64,000 nucleotides of DNA, taken from the NCBI GenBank assembly GCA_025450075.1, contig JANWIC010000009.1:38368-102367 (forward strand), written 5' to 3'. Shown piece after piece: positions 19,852 to 29,821 of this stretch (position 1 is its first letter; each line of letters starts with the position of its first letter). The translations under genes and the position numbers were made by a program. The notes beneath the pieces are model-generated. The model did not search any database. It had not been told where the DNA came from and saw only the letters and a program-made list of their open reading frames with translations. The stretch is from Patescibacteria group bacterium (GTDB taxonomy: Bacteria > Patescibacteriota > Dojkabacteria > JAKAPS01).

Positions 19852-20503
19852 ACTCCTTACTTTTTTCTTTAATGACTGATCTAAACCTAATTATTTCAGT
19901 AAGACGTAATCCTTTCCATTGTCCCATGAGCAAATCAACAACAAGAGCCAGAATGATTACTTCAGGATATTGCATCAGCAAATTACGGAAAATATGTGAA
20001 GTTATGATAAGAAAGATTATTGCAGCAGTCACGATTGTTTCCAGATAAAGTTTACGGGCTGCCTTAAATCCATTTTTTACTTGAGCTGTTAAATAAATAT
20101 CACTAAGGGTGATAAAAAGAATGACAGACATAGCCATCATATTTGCTTGTCCAACATCAGGAAGAGAAATGGTGAATGGCAGAATAAGCAAAAAAATAAT
20201 ACATATAAGTGTTACTAAGATTGCCATTCTAGGTAAATAATGGATACGAAGTTGTCGTGTTAAAAATCGTAGGATAATAGCTGAAAGGAATATCAGAAGT
20301 GATAAAAGAAAGCCTGGAATCAAACCAGTTCCTAAGAAAGCATAAGTTGCTATTACTGGTGCATAAGCTCCAAACATTTTTATTCCGATTACCTGACGTG
20401 AAAACGCAACAAACATCATTATTATAGGGAGCGATAACACATACATGACCAGCTGTTCGGAAATCTTACCATGAGCAGTAAGGAAGATAAAGAAGTTTGA
20501 CAT
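19844..20503 (-). CDS. 7TM domain protein (7TM_transglut-like)
   Basis: RQVIGIKMFGAYAP, GQWKGLRLTEIIRF; about 7 TMs. Start chosen at ATG 20503. Confidence 0.8.
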   Translation of the reverse strand: MSNFFIFLTAHGKISEQLVMYVLSLPIIMMFVAFSRQVIGIKMFGAYAPVIATYAFLGTGLIPGFLLSLLIFLSAIILRFLTRQLRIHYLPRMAILVTLICIIFLLILPFTISLPDVGQANMMAMSVILFITLSDIYLTAQVKNGFKAARKLYLETIVTAAIIFLIITSHIFRNLLMQYPEVIILALVVDLLMGQWKGLRLTEIIRFRSVIKEKSKEYV

Positions 20504-20611
20504 AGTCCGGTTTTTATATAAGCGCCTCCTTATAGCATAAATGCGCAAAAGAAGCAAGATAACGTGCCTATTATAGGCGTTTTACTGGGGATTTTCTATA
20601 TAACAGTATAG

Positions 20612-21736
20612 TTAATTGATATAGTCTTTAAGGGCTTTTTCTACGTCCTTACTCTTTAATCTTTTCAGTGCTTTAGATTCAATTTGTCGGATACGTTCTC
20701 TCGTGACATTGAATTCATGTCCAACTTCTTCAAGAGTACGAGCAATTCCATCCTTCAGCCCGAATCTGAGTTCTAACACTCTTCGTTCTCTGTCGTTAAG
20801 TTTGTCAAGAATTTCTTCAACCTGGCTTTTCAGGAATGCATAGTTTGCCTGTTCCATTGGGGACATGCTTTCTTCATCTGCAATTATATCTCCTAGGTTG
20901 CTATTACTATCTTCACCGATACGTGCCTCAAGGGATGTTGGAACTTGGGAAATCTTTAAAATTTCATAGACTTTTTCTTCAGGAACCTGCATATATTTTG
21001 CAATTTCACTTGTACTGGGTTTTCTCTCCAGTTTAATGGAAAGCTCGTTCACTGCCCGTGATAGTTGATTAATTGTTTCAATCATATGTACAGGAACTCG
21101 TATAGTTCGAGCCTGGTCAGCAATTGCTCTTGTTATAGCCTGTCTAATCCACCAGGTTGCATAAGTAGAAAATTTATATCCTTTTTTGTAGTCGAATTTC
21201 TCAACAGCACGCATTAACCCAAGATTTCCTTCTTGAATAAGGTCAAGAAGATCAAGTCCTCTTCTTGAGTATTTCTTTGCGATACTCACAACAAGTCTAA
21301 GGTTAGCAGTAGTTAAGTGTGCGGCTGATTCTTTATCTCCTTTTTCAATACGTTTTGCAAGAATAATTTCTTCTTCAGCTGTCAATAATGGAATTCTGCC
21401 AATCTCATGGAGATAAGCACGAATTGGGTCAGTTGCGATATTTGCCTGGATACTTTTAAGGATTTTAATCTTTTTTTCAAGGGTCATTCCTTCATTATCA
21501 CTGTTTTTACCGGTTTTCGGTCGTGCAGCTTCATCTTCTTCAGATAATCCTATGACTTCAATTTCTTGGTCATAAAGCCGAGACAAAAGCTCATCAACTT
21601 CGACAATATATTCTTCTATCTCAGGAAATGCTTTATATATCTCTTCTTGAGTCAGAAAACCCTTTCGTATAGCTTCTTGAGCCAGTGCATTAATCTTGTC
21701 TTCATCTCTCTTTTTGATTTTGTAAGTTGATTGCAT
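20612..21736 (-). CDS. rpoD: Primary sigma factor RpoD
   Basis: [44 protein letters not shown]...TRERIRQIE. Confidence 0.97.
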   Translation of the reverse strand: MQSTYKIKKRDEDKINALAQEAIRKGFLTQEEIYKAFPEIEEYIVEVDELLSRLYDQEIEVIGLSEEDEAARPKTGKNSDNEGMTLEKKIKILKSIQANIATDPIRAYLHEIGRIPLLTAEEEIILAKRIEKGDKESAAHLTTANLRLVVSIAKKYSRRGLDLLDLIQEGNLGLMRAVEKFDYKKGYKFSTYATWWIRQAITRAIADQARTIRVPVHMIETINQLSRAVNELSIKLERKPSTSEIAKYMQVPEEKVYEILKISQVPTSLEARIGEDSNSNLGDIIADEESMSPMEQANYAFLKSQVEEILDKLNDRERRVLELRFGLKDGIARTLEEVGHEFNVTRERIRQIESKALKRLKSKDVEKALKDYIN

Positions 21737-21795
21737 AATGGGGATTTTTCTGATAATGTTAGTATGTATTATATACAAAAAAACCCAATCTGTCC

Positions 21796-22671
21796 ATGTA
21801 TTTTGCCAAGTCTAGAAAAGCCCTGCTCCTATCTCTACAGAAAATACGCCATCAGCGAGCCTTCCTCATCATGGCATTTTGTCTTTCTATTTTTGGTTCA
21901 AGCTACCAGGGATATGAGTTTTTCAGGCTACATATGCTATCAGCAATTTTATCCTTATCTATACAGGCAAAGATTGCCTTCGTAATCTGGGAAATTGTTT
22001 CCTGGCTAGTATCCTTTATCCTAGGCGCAATAGTGATCCCTTCCTTTATCCTTATGGTTTATCAGCAGGATGTTGAACATACCTCTATTAATTTCCATGA
22101 AATTTTTAGAAAATCCAAAGATATATCATATCGCTTTATTGTTCTTCTATTTTCATATTATAACATCATATTTATCATCGCTGGAGGAGGTTTGTTGGTC
22201 GCAGTACTTGCAACAATTAATAATATCTATTATGGAAAAGACATAATTACTGTTTATGACTTAACAAGCAATATGCCAATAACTCTTACCTTTATCTCAT
22301 TAGGAGTTATTGCAGCATCAGTGATTTCCTTACTGTTTAATCTTATATCACAAATTATTGTACTTGAATCAAAGGAAGTTGTGGAATCAATCATCCAGGG
22401 ATTTAAGTTTTTCAATAATAACTTGGCATATATCCTTTCTGCATGGGTGCTTTTAAACCTTGCTTGCTTAATACCTTTATGTGTTCTTAGTGTCCTTCTC
22501 CATATCATCACCCTTCTGGCATTCCATTCAACGTTTTTTGCTACATTTGGTCTTTATCTAGGGTTGATTTCTTTCTTAGTAATATATACATTTGTTATTG
22601 CTCTTTCTAATATTTATTGGACAGAAATATACCTGAATATTAAGGGAAAGATCAGTTTATATACCCCGTAG
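21796..22671 (+). CDS. Multi-pass membrane protein, function unknown
   Basis: About 6 TMs; long ORF divergent from rpoD. Confidence 0.65.
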   Translation: MYFAKSRKALLLSLQKIRHQRAFLIMAFCLSIFGSSYQGYEFFRLHMLSAILSLSIQAKIAFVIWEIVSWLVSFILGAIVIPSFILMVYQQDVEHTSINFHEIFRKSKDISYRFIVLLFSYYNIIFIIAGGGLLVAVLATINNIYYGKDIITVYDLTSNMPITLTFISLGVIAASVISLLFNLISQIIVLESKEVVESIIQGFKFFNNNLAYILSAWVLLNLACLIPLCVLSVLLHIITLLAFHSTFFATFGLYLGLISFLVIYTFVIALSNIYWTEIYLNIKGKISLYTP

Positions 22672-23167
22672 GATCTACAATCATATATTTCCCATCAACT
22701 TTTTTATATATTTGATAATGGACATGCGCACCTGTAATACAAACACCCAATTCACCTGATTCTCCCATTGTGGCGACATTTTCACCATAACTGACATGTG
22801 ATTGATTTGGAACTAAAAAGGATGCAATGTGCCCAAGATAGACGATAAACTGAGGATTAATAATAATTATGGCATTTCCTGAACATTGTTCTGAATAATG
22901 GTAAGCAATTCCTGAAATGGTGCTATGTAATATGACAGGATTTTTATATGGTGGAGCAGGTATTAAATCTATTCCTGTATGCTCTTTGTGAAATATTTTT
23001 ACATACGAAGGATCATGATATCCTGCTGTTATAATAAATGCTCCAGGAAGAGGCACCCCATTAGGGATAAACTGAGAAGTAGTCGAAAAAGATTTTGGTT
23101 GAGAAGAAGGAAGTGAAATAATGAAAAGTATTGCAAAACATGTTATAAGACTTGCAATCTTTTTCAT
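22652..23167 (-). CDS. Secreted M23-family metallopeptidase
   Basis: Signal/TM, HTGID (HxxxD), YLGH, TGAHVHY (HxH). Confidence 0.88.
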   Translation of the reverse strand: MKKIASLITCFAILFIISLPSSQPKSFSTTSQFIPNGVPLPGAFIITAGYHDPSYVKIFHKEHTGIDLIPAPPYKNPVILHSTISGIAYHYSEQCSGNAIIIINPQFIVYLGHIASFLVPNQSHVSYGENVATMGESGELGVCITGAHVHYQIYKKVDGKYMIVDPTGYIN

Positions 23168-23169
23168 CT

Positions 23170-23715
23170 TTAAGTCGTAAGGGTGCCGGATATTGCATAG
23201 ATACTGTAACGTTCGACAATTTCAATAGTCATATGACCATTAATTGGAAAGGACACATTAGTCACACCGTTTAGATTGGTTGGAGGTATAGGAATATCTC
23301 TGTTGTTTGCATGTATTATTCCAGTGGCATTTGACAATGGATTTCCTGAATTATCAAAAAGCGAAATGGTTAAGTTTAATACATCATTTGAGATATTGGC
23401 TTTCATTCCCATATTAATATCATATGGATGTTGAGGAGCTATTGAGGAGTTTAGGGCAGCTGAGGCGGTATTGAGGAAAATGGAAGGCACTGGCTTCCAT
23501 GAGAGGTAATACTGGTGAGGAGTAGGTATAGGTGTTGAAGTAGGAAGCAGCACATGATAATGCTGTATGAAAAGAAAGCTTACCTCATTTGCGGCAGAAA
23601 CCACTTCATGATTAGGAAGAGAAATATGGCTTAATCCAAGGGTAAGAGTAGGTAAAGCAAGTAATAAGCTAAATCCACGTAATCTATTCGGTTTATAATC
23701 TGATTTAGAAAACAT
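23170..23715 (-). CDS. Exported protein with C-terminal Ig-like domain
   Basis: Hydrophobic N-terminus, PTSTPIPTP linker, DNSGNPLSNA...TNLNGVT. Confidence 0.6.
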   Translation of the reverse strand: MFSKSDYKPNRLRGFSLLLALPTLTLGLSHISLPNHEVVSAANEVSFLFIQHYHVLLPTSTPIPTPHQYYLSWKPVPSIFLNTASAALNSSIAPQHPYDINMGMKANISNDVLNLTISLFDNSGNPLSNATGIIHANNRDIPIPPTNLNGVTNVSFPINGHMTIEIVERYSIYAISGTLTT

Positions 23716-24565
23716 GATTAAACATTCCCTTTAATAAATTAATAAGCTTAAGAATATGGTCCAATATATTGGCGAATGATGCTTCTGATACTGGGGGATT
23801 ATTCCTTTGGGCAACCATTGTTTCAAAAAGTGTAGGTTTTGGTTTGGTGGATGAAGGAGAAGCAATACCCGTACTATCAGTTGGGAATGGAGGATGGAGG
23901 ATAGTAAGGGCACTAGGTATTATTGCTATAGTTGAATTGCCGTTTTCAATCTGAATGGGAAAAGTGCCAGAACCAATTCGAGGAAAAGTTGCTTGTATAG
24001 ATCCACAATAATAAATAGGGCATGATGAGTCCAGTTTTGCTTGTTCAACCTGGCCTTGGACTTCAATATATAAGTCATCTTGATTGTACTCTCGAAAATT
24101 AATTGCATCATTTGTACTTGAAAAAGTGAGTGTTATAGCATCATTTTCATCTTTGTTTACTGAATAAATAAGATCCTTTACAACTGGAGATAAGAGGATA
24201 TGTGTTGTCACTTCTGAGAAGTTCTCAGCATATCCTTGTCCATCATTATCATCAAATATCGCTAGATCAGTATCTGGATTATATGAGGTTGTTGTGCTCA
24301 TCGGCTGGTATGCAAAAATATAATATGAATTTGCAGGAAGATCTGAAAAGGTTGCAATATACTTTTTAAAATGGTCGCTGTAAATTGCCTCAACGGTTTG
24401 AGTAGGTTGTTTATCAGCAGAGTAGGGCATTGAATAGATGCTTGCCCAAACGGGAGAAGTATTTGGTGTAAAGAAATAAAAGCTTGCTGTTTGTTGTGCA
24501 GCAACTTCTTGAGTTGAGACAAGAAATACCACAACAACGAAAATGAGTAAAGTACTCAATTTCAT
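23705..24565 (-). CDS. Secreted beta-rich hypothetical protein
   Basis: Signal peptide MKLSTLLIFVVVVFLVSTQEVAA; Pro/Ser/Thr linker; C-terminal amphipathic helix. Confidence 0.65.
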   Translation of the reverse strand: MKLSTLLIFVVVVFLVSTQEVAAQQTASFYFFTPNTSPVWASIYSMPYSADKQPTQTVEAIYSDHFKKYIATFSDLPANSYYIFAYQPMSTTTSYNPDTDLAIFDDNDGQGYAENFSEVTTHILLSPVVKDLIYSVNKDENDAITLTFSSTNDAINFREYNQDDLYIEVQGQVEQAKLDSSCPIYYCGSIQATFPRIGSGTFPIQIENGNSTIAIIPSALTILHPPFPTDSTGIASPSSTKPKPTLFETMVAQRNNPPVSEASFANILDHILKLINLLKGMFNHVF

Positions 24566-24629
24566 AAAATTATACAATTAGGGGGAAATGTAGCTTCAGG
24601 CAGCTTCACTATCTTCGATTCCAAACTGG

Positions 24630-24658
24630 AGTATAATCAATGCTTAGGTCTATGTCAA
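24630..24658 (-). promoter_or_regulatory. Near-consensus sigma70 promoter for the 24565-22652 operon
   Basis: Minus strand TTGACA-17 bp-TATACT. Confidence 0.7.
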
Positions 24659-24789
24659 AATACCCTCAAAATATATTTATACATCAATGTAAAAAGTATT
24701 AACCGCCTTCGACAATAGCTATGGGATAGATATTTATTGCATAACAACGATATTTTTGATATACTCCCTACGTATTATTACATTCACTC

Positions 24790-25026
24790 ATGGCAAATAT
24801 AAAAGCAGCAAAGAAAGATATTCGAAAGACACAAAGAAGAACTATTCGAAATAAGAAGCTATATGCTGAACTTGATAAAGCAGTAAAGCATGTTCGAAGC
24901 AAAAAAGATGGTGCATTAAATGAAGTATACTCAATTCTTGATAAAATGGTCGGTCGCGGTGTTATTAAGAAAAATGCTGCTGCACGAAAGAAATCAAGAA
25001 TCACTTCAAAGACAAACAATGTCTAA
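24790..25026 (+). CDS. rpsT: 30S ribosomal protein S20
   Basis: MANIKAAKKDIRKT...LDKMVGRGVIKKNAAARKKSRI. Confidence 0.95.
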   Translation: MANIKAAKKDIRKTQRRTIRNKKLYAELDKAVKHVRSKKDGALNEVYSILDKMVGRGVIKKNAAARKKSRITSKTNNV

Positions 25027-25552
25027 ATCGTTAATACGGCTTGTTGATGAAGCAATTTTGCCGGCGTTTCTAATCATCGGGTTAAAAGCAATTGCAATTG
25101 CTGGGGTTAATAATATTCTCTCCTTATCGTACTATTATCAAAACTTTGGAAAGATCTATTATCCGAAGCCATTTGATGCTCTTCTCGTAAACACCTATTC
25201 AGACTTCTTCGTCTTCTTCCTATTCTTTTTATGTATTGCAGTTATTTTAATCAAACTATTGTATTTTAGTGACAATAAGACAAATCCTTCAATTATTCTC
25301 AAACTGGCAAAAGCAAATAAAATGCATTTTATACAAACTTCTCTTGAAATTTACCATATACTTTTTGTATGGATGGTATTTTTTACCGGGATTGTAGTAT
25401 ACATCCTCATTCGTGTCATTTATTTTATTGATTATCCCCTCATTATTCTTCCTATTGCAGTTATTTACATGACTGTTATCTGGGTAATTATCAAAGAAGT
25501 AGAGAGAGATATCATCAAGCGATTAGAATTTGGTAAGCAAAACCTCGTTTAA
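25019..25552 (+). CDS. 4-TM membrane protein
   Basis: MSKSLIRLVDEAILPA..., four hydrophobic segments; overlaps the rpsT stop. Confidence 0.65.
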   Translation: MSKSLIRLVDEAILPAFLIIGLKAIAIAGVNNILSLSYYYQNFGKIYYPKPFDALLVNTYSDFFVFFLFFLCIAVILIKLLYFSDNKTNPSIILKLAKANKMHFIQTSLEIYHILFVWMVFFTGIVVYILIRVIYFIDYPLIILPIAVIYMTVIWVIIKEVERDIIKRLEFGKQNLV

Positions 25553-25616
25553 TCAATTCAAATTGACTTCTATTTGTATACGAATTAATATCAAAACAAT
25601 ATAATTAGTTACTACA

Positions 25617-26129
25617 ATGACAGAAGAAAATCCAGGAGGTTCAGAGATCTCACAAGAAATGCGTAATGTATTAAGAGCGGTAGGGGTGGCTGATCCTTGG
25701 GCATTTGCTACAAGATACGAAAAACTCTCTCCCCTTGAACAAGAAATGGGTATAAGTATTAATCCTGAGCTTTTTGACAGTAATACAGATAAAGCATTTC
25801 AATTTGATGTATGGACACGAAGCGGGGTTCAATTTAGAGCAATTTTTGGACATTCTCGATTAGCTGTAAATCAAAATAAAACCCCTTCTTTACAAGAGTA
25901 TATCATTGGTGCGGTCGCAACTATCGGAAATAATGGACAGTTTGAAGTGGGATCTTCAAGTTTATTTGTATTAAACTTAAAGTCAAGAACTCCATACAAG
26001 GACATGCTAAAAATGTATCCTGCAGCGTGTAAGAAGCTTGCTGCACTTGCAGGTATTGAAACTCCACGAAATTCTAGTGGATTAAAAATGTTATTCGAAA
26101 TACTGGGAGCTGAGTTTCATAGGATATGA
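25617..26129 (+). CDS. Hypothetical protein (orphan paralog A)
   Basis: 170-aa ORF with upstream TTGACT-17-TAATAT (25563-25591). Confidence 0.65.
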   Translation: MTEENPGGSEISQEMRNVLRAVGVADPWAFATRYEKLSPLEQEMGISINPELFDSNTDKAFQFDVWTRSGVQFRAIFGHSRLAVNQNKTPSLQEYIIGAVATIGNNGQFEVGSSSLFVLNLKSRTPYKDMLKMYPAACKKLAALAGIETPRNSSGLKMLFEILGAEFHRI

Positions 26130-26210
26130 ATTCCTTAGAACATAATGTTAGAAATTCAACTGTAAAGATATCATAAATAATTGTATAGTAAGGTATATTA
26201 TTTAATACTT

Positions 26211-26624
26211 ATGAGAGTTACTTCTCCAGATGCTTCGAGTACATCCCCTGAAACTATTGATTTTGAAAGTTTATTACAGCAAGCAATACAGGATCCTGAA
26301 GGCTTTATTGCTCAAGGTGGATTTATTTTTACTGATAATTCTACAACAATAATTGCAGTAAGAAGCAATGCGGGAGAAACGGAGGAGGTATCCGGTATCA
26401 TATCAAGGAGAGAACATGATACAGAGTTACATGAAGTCTTTCAGATCGAAAAAGGAAAGATACTTTTCTTTATGGAGAATTATCCCAATGCCTATCGTTT
26501 ACTTATATTAATGGCTTATGAAGGTGTAGGTAGAAAAGTACATTTCTCTCGTGATGATCACATTCCACCTCTTGGATATCTTGTAATAGAAGTTTTAGAT
26601 GATATAAAACTATTTGAAGGCTAA
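26211..26624 (+). CDS. Hypothetical protein (possible paralog B)
   Basis: ORF from ATG 26211; ENYPNAY motif. Confidence 0.55.
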   Translation: MRVTSPDASSTSPETIDFESLLQQAIQDPEGFIAQGGFIFTDNSTTIIAVRSNAGETEEVSGIISRREHDTELHEVFQIEKGKILFFMENYPNAYRLLILMAYEGVGRKVHFSRDDHIPPLGYLVIEVLDDIKLFEG

Positions 26625-26704
26625 AGATATACTTATTTCATGTGTTTGTTGACATAAGTATTGCTACCGGATAGTATGTGAATAATTATCTCATACATTT
26701 TTCT

Positions 26705-27736
26705 ATGGATCCTATTCCAGATAACCCTCATATTGATTCCGTAGAACAAACAACTATAGGTGGAGGGCAATCTTTAGCTGAAGTACTTTCTTCTAAAATT
26801 GAAAGACATGATGGTGATTCTCTTAGATTGTTATTTAGTGGACTATTACACCAACTTCGATCCGATGAACTTCCTCCCGAATATGGATTTGAAGATTTTG
26901 ATGATGAATTTTTATTTTCAATAAGATATCTTGAAGGAAGCGGGAGAAGGCTATATATAGCGAATAGGATAAGGGTATTTGATAAGGACGGAGTTGCATC
27001 AGATAATGAAGAAGTTGATGTTATTGGAGTAGTGGGAAGTGTAAATAGTAGCGGTGATTTAAAAGAATTGCATAATTTTGAATTTCATGCATTTGGTCAT
27101 GGAACAGGAGATTACATGGAATTGGTAAATCAATATCCTGAAGCATGTAGAGATATTATTGATTTGGTACTTGGAATAGAAGATGATTTAGAAGTATTCG
27201 CTATGGAATATCTCATTGCGAAAGCATTTACAGAAGCATTGGTATATACACCACATCCTCTACAACGTTTGACACAATTGATTTCATATGTGCCTGAAAG
27301 TTTACGGATTGGAAATCCTGATTTGTATTACTATATAGCGGAACATATATTTAAATCCATTTCCCCAGATTCATATATATTTGGAGATGAAGGCCATGGA
27401 ATATACTTTCAAATAGAAGTAATTAAAGGGAGAAAGCCTTGCTTTCTAATACATATTATAAATGAAAATTATAACAATTTGGCCATAATTGTCATTCATG
27501 AAATGCAAGATGGAAATTTACCCATATACGAATTCAAAGGATTTATAGATATCAATGAAATTTTATTGAACGGCAACAATTTGAATGTTCCTCAAAAACA
27601 AATAAGATTTTTAATGAAATTAGCCGGAATACAATCAAGAAATAGAAGAAAACTTACAAAGCAAGATCTTTTGGATGCATTACAAAAGTTAAAGATACGA
27701 GTTGTTGGTCAAGAACCAGGAATTGTAACGAACTAA
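26705..27736 (+). CDS. Hypothetical protein (orphan paralog C)
   Basis: Long ORF with upstream TTGACA-17-TAGTAT (26649-26677). Confidence 0.7.
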   Translation: MDPIPDNPHIDSVEQTTIGGGQSLAEVLSSKIERHDGDSLRLLFSGLLHQLRSDELPPEYGFEDFDDEFLFSIRYLEGSGRRLYIANRIRVFDKDGVASDNEEVDVIGVVGSVNSSGDLKELHNFEFHAFGHGTGDYMELVNQYPEACRDIIDLVLGIEDDLEVFAMEYLIAKAFTEALVYTPHPLQRLTQLISYVPESLRIGNPDLYYYIAEHIFKSISPDSYIFGDEGHGIYFQIEVIKGRKPCFLIHIINENYNNLAIIVIHEMQDGNLPIYEFKGFIDINEILLNGNNLNVPQKQIRFLMKLAGIQSRNRRKLTKQDLLDALQKLKIRVVGQEPGIVTN

Positions 27737-27831
27737 ATTTTTTGAAATTTGACATATGTAGAGTTTAATCCTCTATTTACTTGTATTTTAGTGCGTTATT
27801 GTATAATATAGTAAGTAATAGCTGTAAGAAT

Positions 27832-27969
27832 ATGAAGATAATCACTGCCGTTTGTGAAGCATTATTACTAGTCGTACTATTTGCATTATTTACTGTTCCG
27901 TTTTTCTTCTTAAACAGCATGAGCGCCCATACAACAGGTAGTTCAGTTATTGCCCAGAATAATAGATAA
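27832..27969 (+). CDS. Putative 45-aa single-TM protein
   Basis: MKIITAVCEALLLVVLFALFTVPFFFL...; ends 5 bp before lepA. Confidence 0.45.
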   Translation: MKIITAVCEALLLVVLFALFTVPFFFLNSMSAHTTGSSVIAQNNR

Positions 27970-27974
27970 ATTAG

Positions 27975-29768
27975 ATGTCGAACATCAGAAACTTTTGCAT
28001 CATTGCCCATATTGATCATGGGAAGTCAACCCTAGCCGACAGGCTGCTTGAAATTACTAAAACTGTTGATAAAAGGAAAATGCATGATCAGTATATGGAT
28101 ACGCTTGAACTGGAACAGGAACGTGGAATCACAATTAAGTTGCAAACTGCAAGGATGCACTATACCCTCAACAATGAAGAATATATCCTTAATCTAATTG
28201 ATACACCGGGACATGTAGATTTTGCCTACGAAGTATCTAGAAGCCTTGCTGCCTGCGAAGGAGCAATTTTGCTCGTGGATGCTACTCAAGGAATTGAAGC
28301 ACAAACATTAAGCACAGTTATGCAGGCGATTGACCATAATCTTGAGATAATACCTGTGCTGAATAAAATTGATTTACCGAATGCAGAGGTGCCACTTCGC
28401 TTAAAAGAAATGAAAGATATTCTAGGATTTAAAGAAGAAGAAGTACTTTGCGCATCCGGAAAAACTGGAGAAGGAGTTGAAGCTATTATTGAAAAGATTA
28501 TTGAAAAAATTCCAGCTCCAACAAAAGGAACTAATGATCATATCCGTGCTTTAGTATTCGATTCTTTTTATGATGAATTCAAAGGAGTAGTGTGTGTAGT
28601 GAAATTAACGGATAAAGGAATTACAGGACTTCCGAAACTCCAACTGTTAACCTCAAATACAACATTTTCACCATTAGAGATAGGGTATCTCACTCCATAC
28701 CAAGTAGTAGCAAAAGAAATTCATGAAGGAGAGGTAGGATATATTGCCACAGGATTAAAAGATATCCATACAGTAGGAGTAGGAGACACGATTTCGGATA
28801 ACGAATCTACTACACTTTTAGAAGGATATCGTAAAGTCAAACCTATGGTATATGCGGGTATTTATCCAATTGACGTCGATGATCAAAAAGAATTTAAAGA
28901 AGCCGTAGAAAAACTAAGCTTAAATGATGCAGCATTTAGTTATGAAAAGGAAAATAGTCCTGCTTTGGGATTCGGGTACAGATGCGGATTCTTGGGTTTG
29001 CTTCATATGGATATTATAAGGGAAAGACTGGAACGTGAATTCAATGCGGACATCCTAATGACTAGTCCAACAACAGAATATATCGTGAAGCGAAGAGGGA
29101 GTGATGATGAAGAAAAAATAATTACTACATCTGGTTTTATGGCAGAAGATGTTGAATATTTGAAAGAGCCGTGGGTGAGAATGGAAATATATACTCCCTC
29201 CCAATACATTGGCGATATTATGTCCTTATGTCATACAAAACGTGGGGAATATATTAATACCGAATATTTTGGTGATAAAGATTCAACACTCTCACGTGTC
29301 AGTATAGTATTTAATATCCCTCTTGCAGAGATTATTACGGACTTTTTTGATTCGCTGAAATCACAAACGCAAGGTTATGCTTCCATGGATTATGATTTTA
29401 TCGGGTATCGAGAATCGGATATTGTAAAGTTAGATATTGCAGTTAATTACCAGATAATTGATCCTCTCTCTATTTTTATCCATGCATCTCTTGCAGAAGA
29501 AAAAGGAAGGATATTAGTCAAACAATTAAAAGATATTATTCCAAAGCATCAATTTAAAGTTCCGATTCAGGCAATGATAGGATCTAAAATTCTTGCCAGA
29601 GAAGATATTCCTGCATTAAAAAAAGATGTTACTGCAAAATTATACGGTGGAGATATCAGTAGAAGAAAGAAATTATGGGAAAAACAGAAGCGTGGGAAAA
29701 AGAGATTAAAAGCATTTGGTAAGGTAGAGATCCCTCAAGAAGCATTTTTAGTAGCAAGCCGTGTATAG
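27975..29768 (+). CDS. lepA: Elongation factor 4
   Basis: IRNFCIIAHIDHGKSTLADR, DTPGHVDF, GFLGLLH, KLYGGDISRRKKL. Confidence 0.98.
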   Translation: MSNIRNFCIIAHIDHGKSTLADRLLEITKTVDKRKMHDQYMDTLELEQERGITIKLQTARMHYTLNNEEYILNLIDTPGHVDFAYEVSRSLAACEGAILLVDATQGIEAQTLSTVMQAIDHNLEIIPVLNKIDLPNAEVPLRLKEMKDILGFKEEEVLCASGKTGEGVEAIIEKIIEKIPAPTKGTNDHIRALVFDSFYDEFKGVVCVVKLTDKGITGLPKLQLLTSNTTFSPLEIGYLTPYQVVAKEIHEGEVGYIATGLKDIHTVGVGDTISDNESTTLLEGYRKVKPMVYAGIYPIDVDDQKEFKEAVEKLSLNDAAFSYEKENSPALGFGYRCGFLGLLHMDIIRERLEREFNADILMTSPTTEYIVKRRGSDDEEKIITTSGFMAEDVEYLKEPWVRMEIYTPSQYIGDIMSLCHTKRGEYINTEYFGDKDSTLSRVSIVFNIPLAEIITDFFDSLKSQTQGYASMDYDFIGYRESDIVKLDIAVNYQIIDPLSIFIHASLAEEKGRILVKQLKDIIPKHQFKVPIQAMIGSKILAREDIPALKKDVTAKLYGGDISRRKKLWEKQKRGKKRLKAFGKVEIPQEAFLVASRV

Positions 29769-29821
29769 CGTTTCTATTCTCGAGTTATTATTGGTATAAT
29801 ACAGATAATAGGGAAAAATGC

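Noticed and set aside
24920-25018. N-terminal extension of the 210-aa ORF overlapping rpsT
   Set aside because: ATG 25019 at the end of rpsT is the more plausible start.
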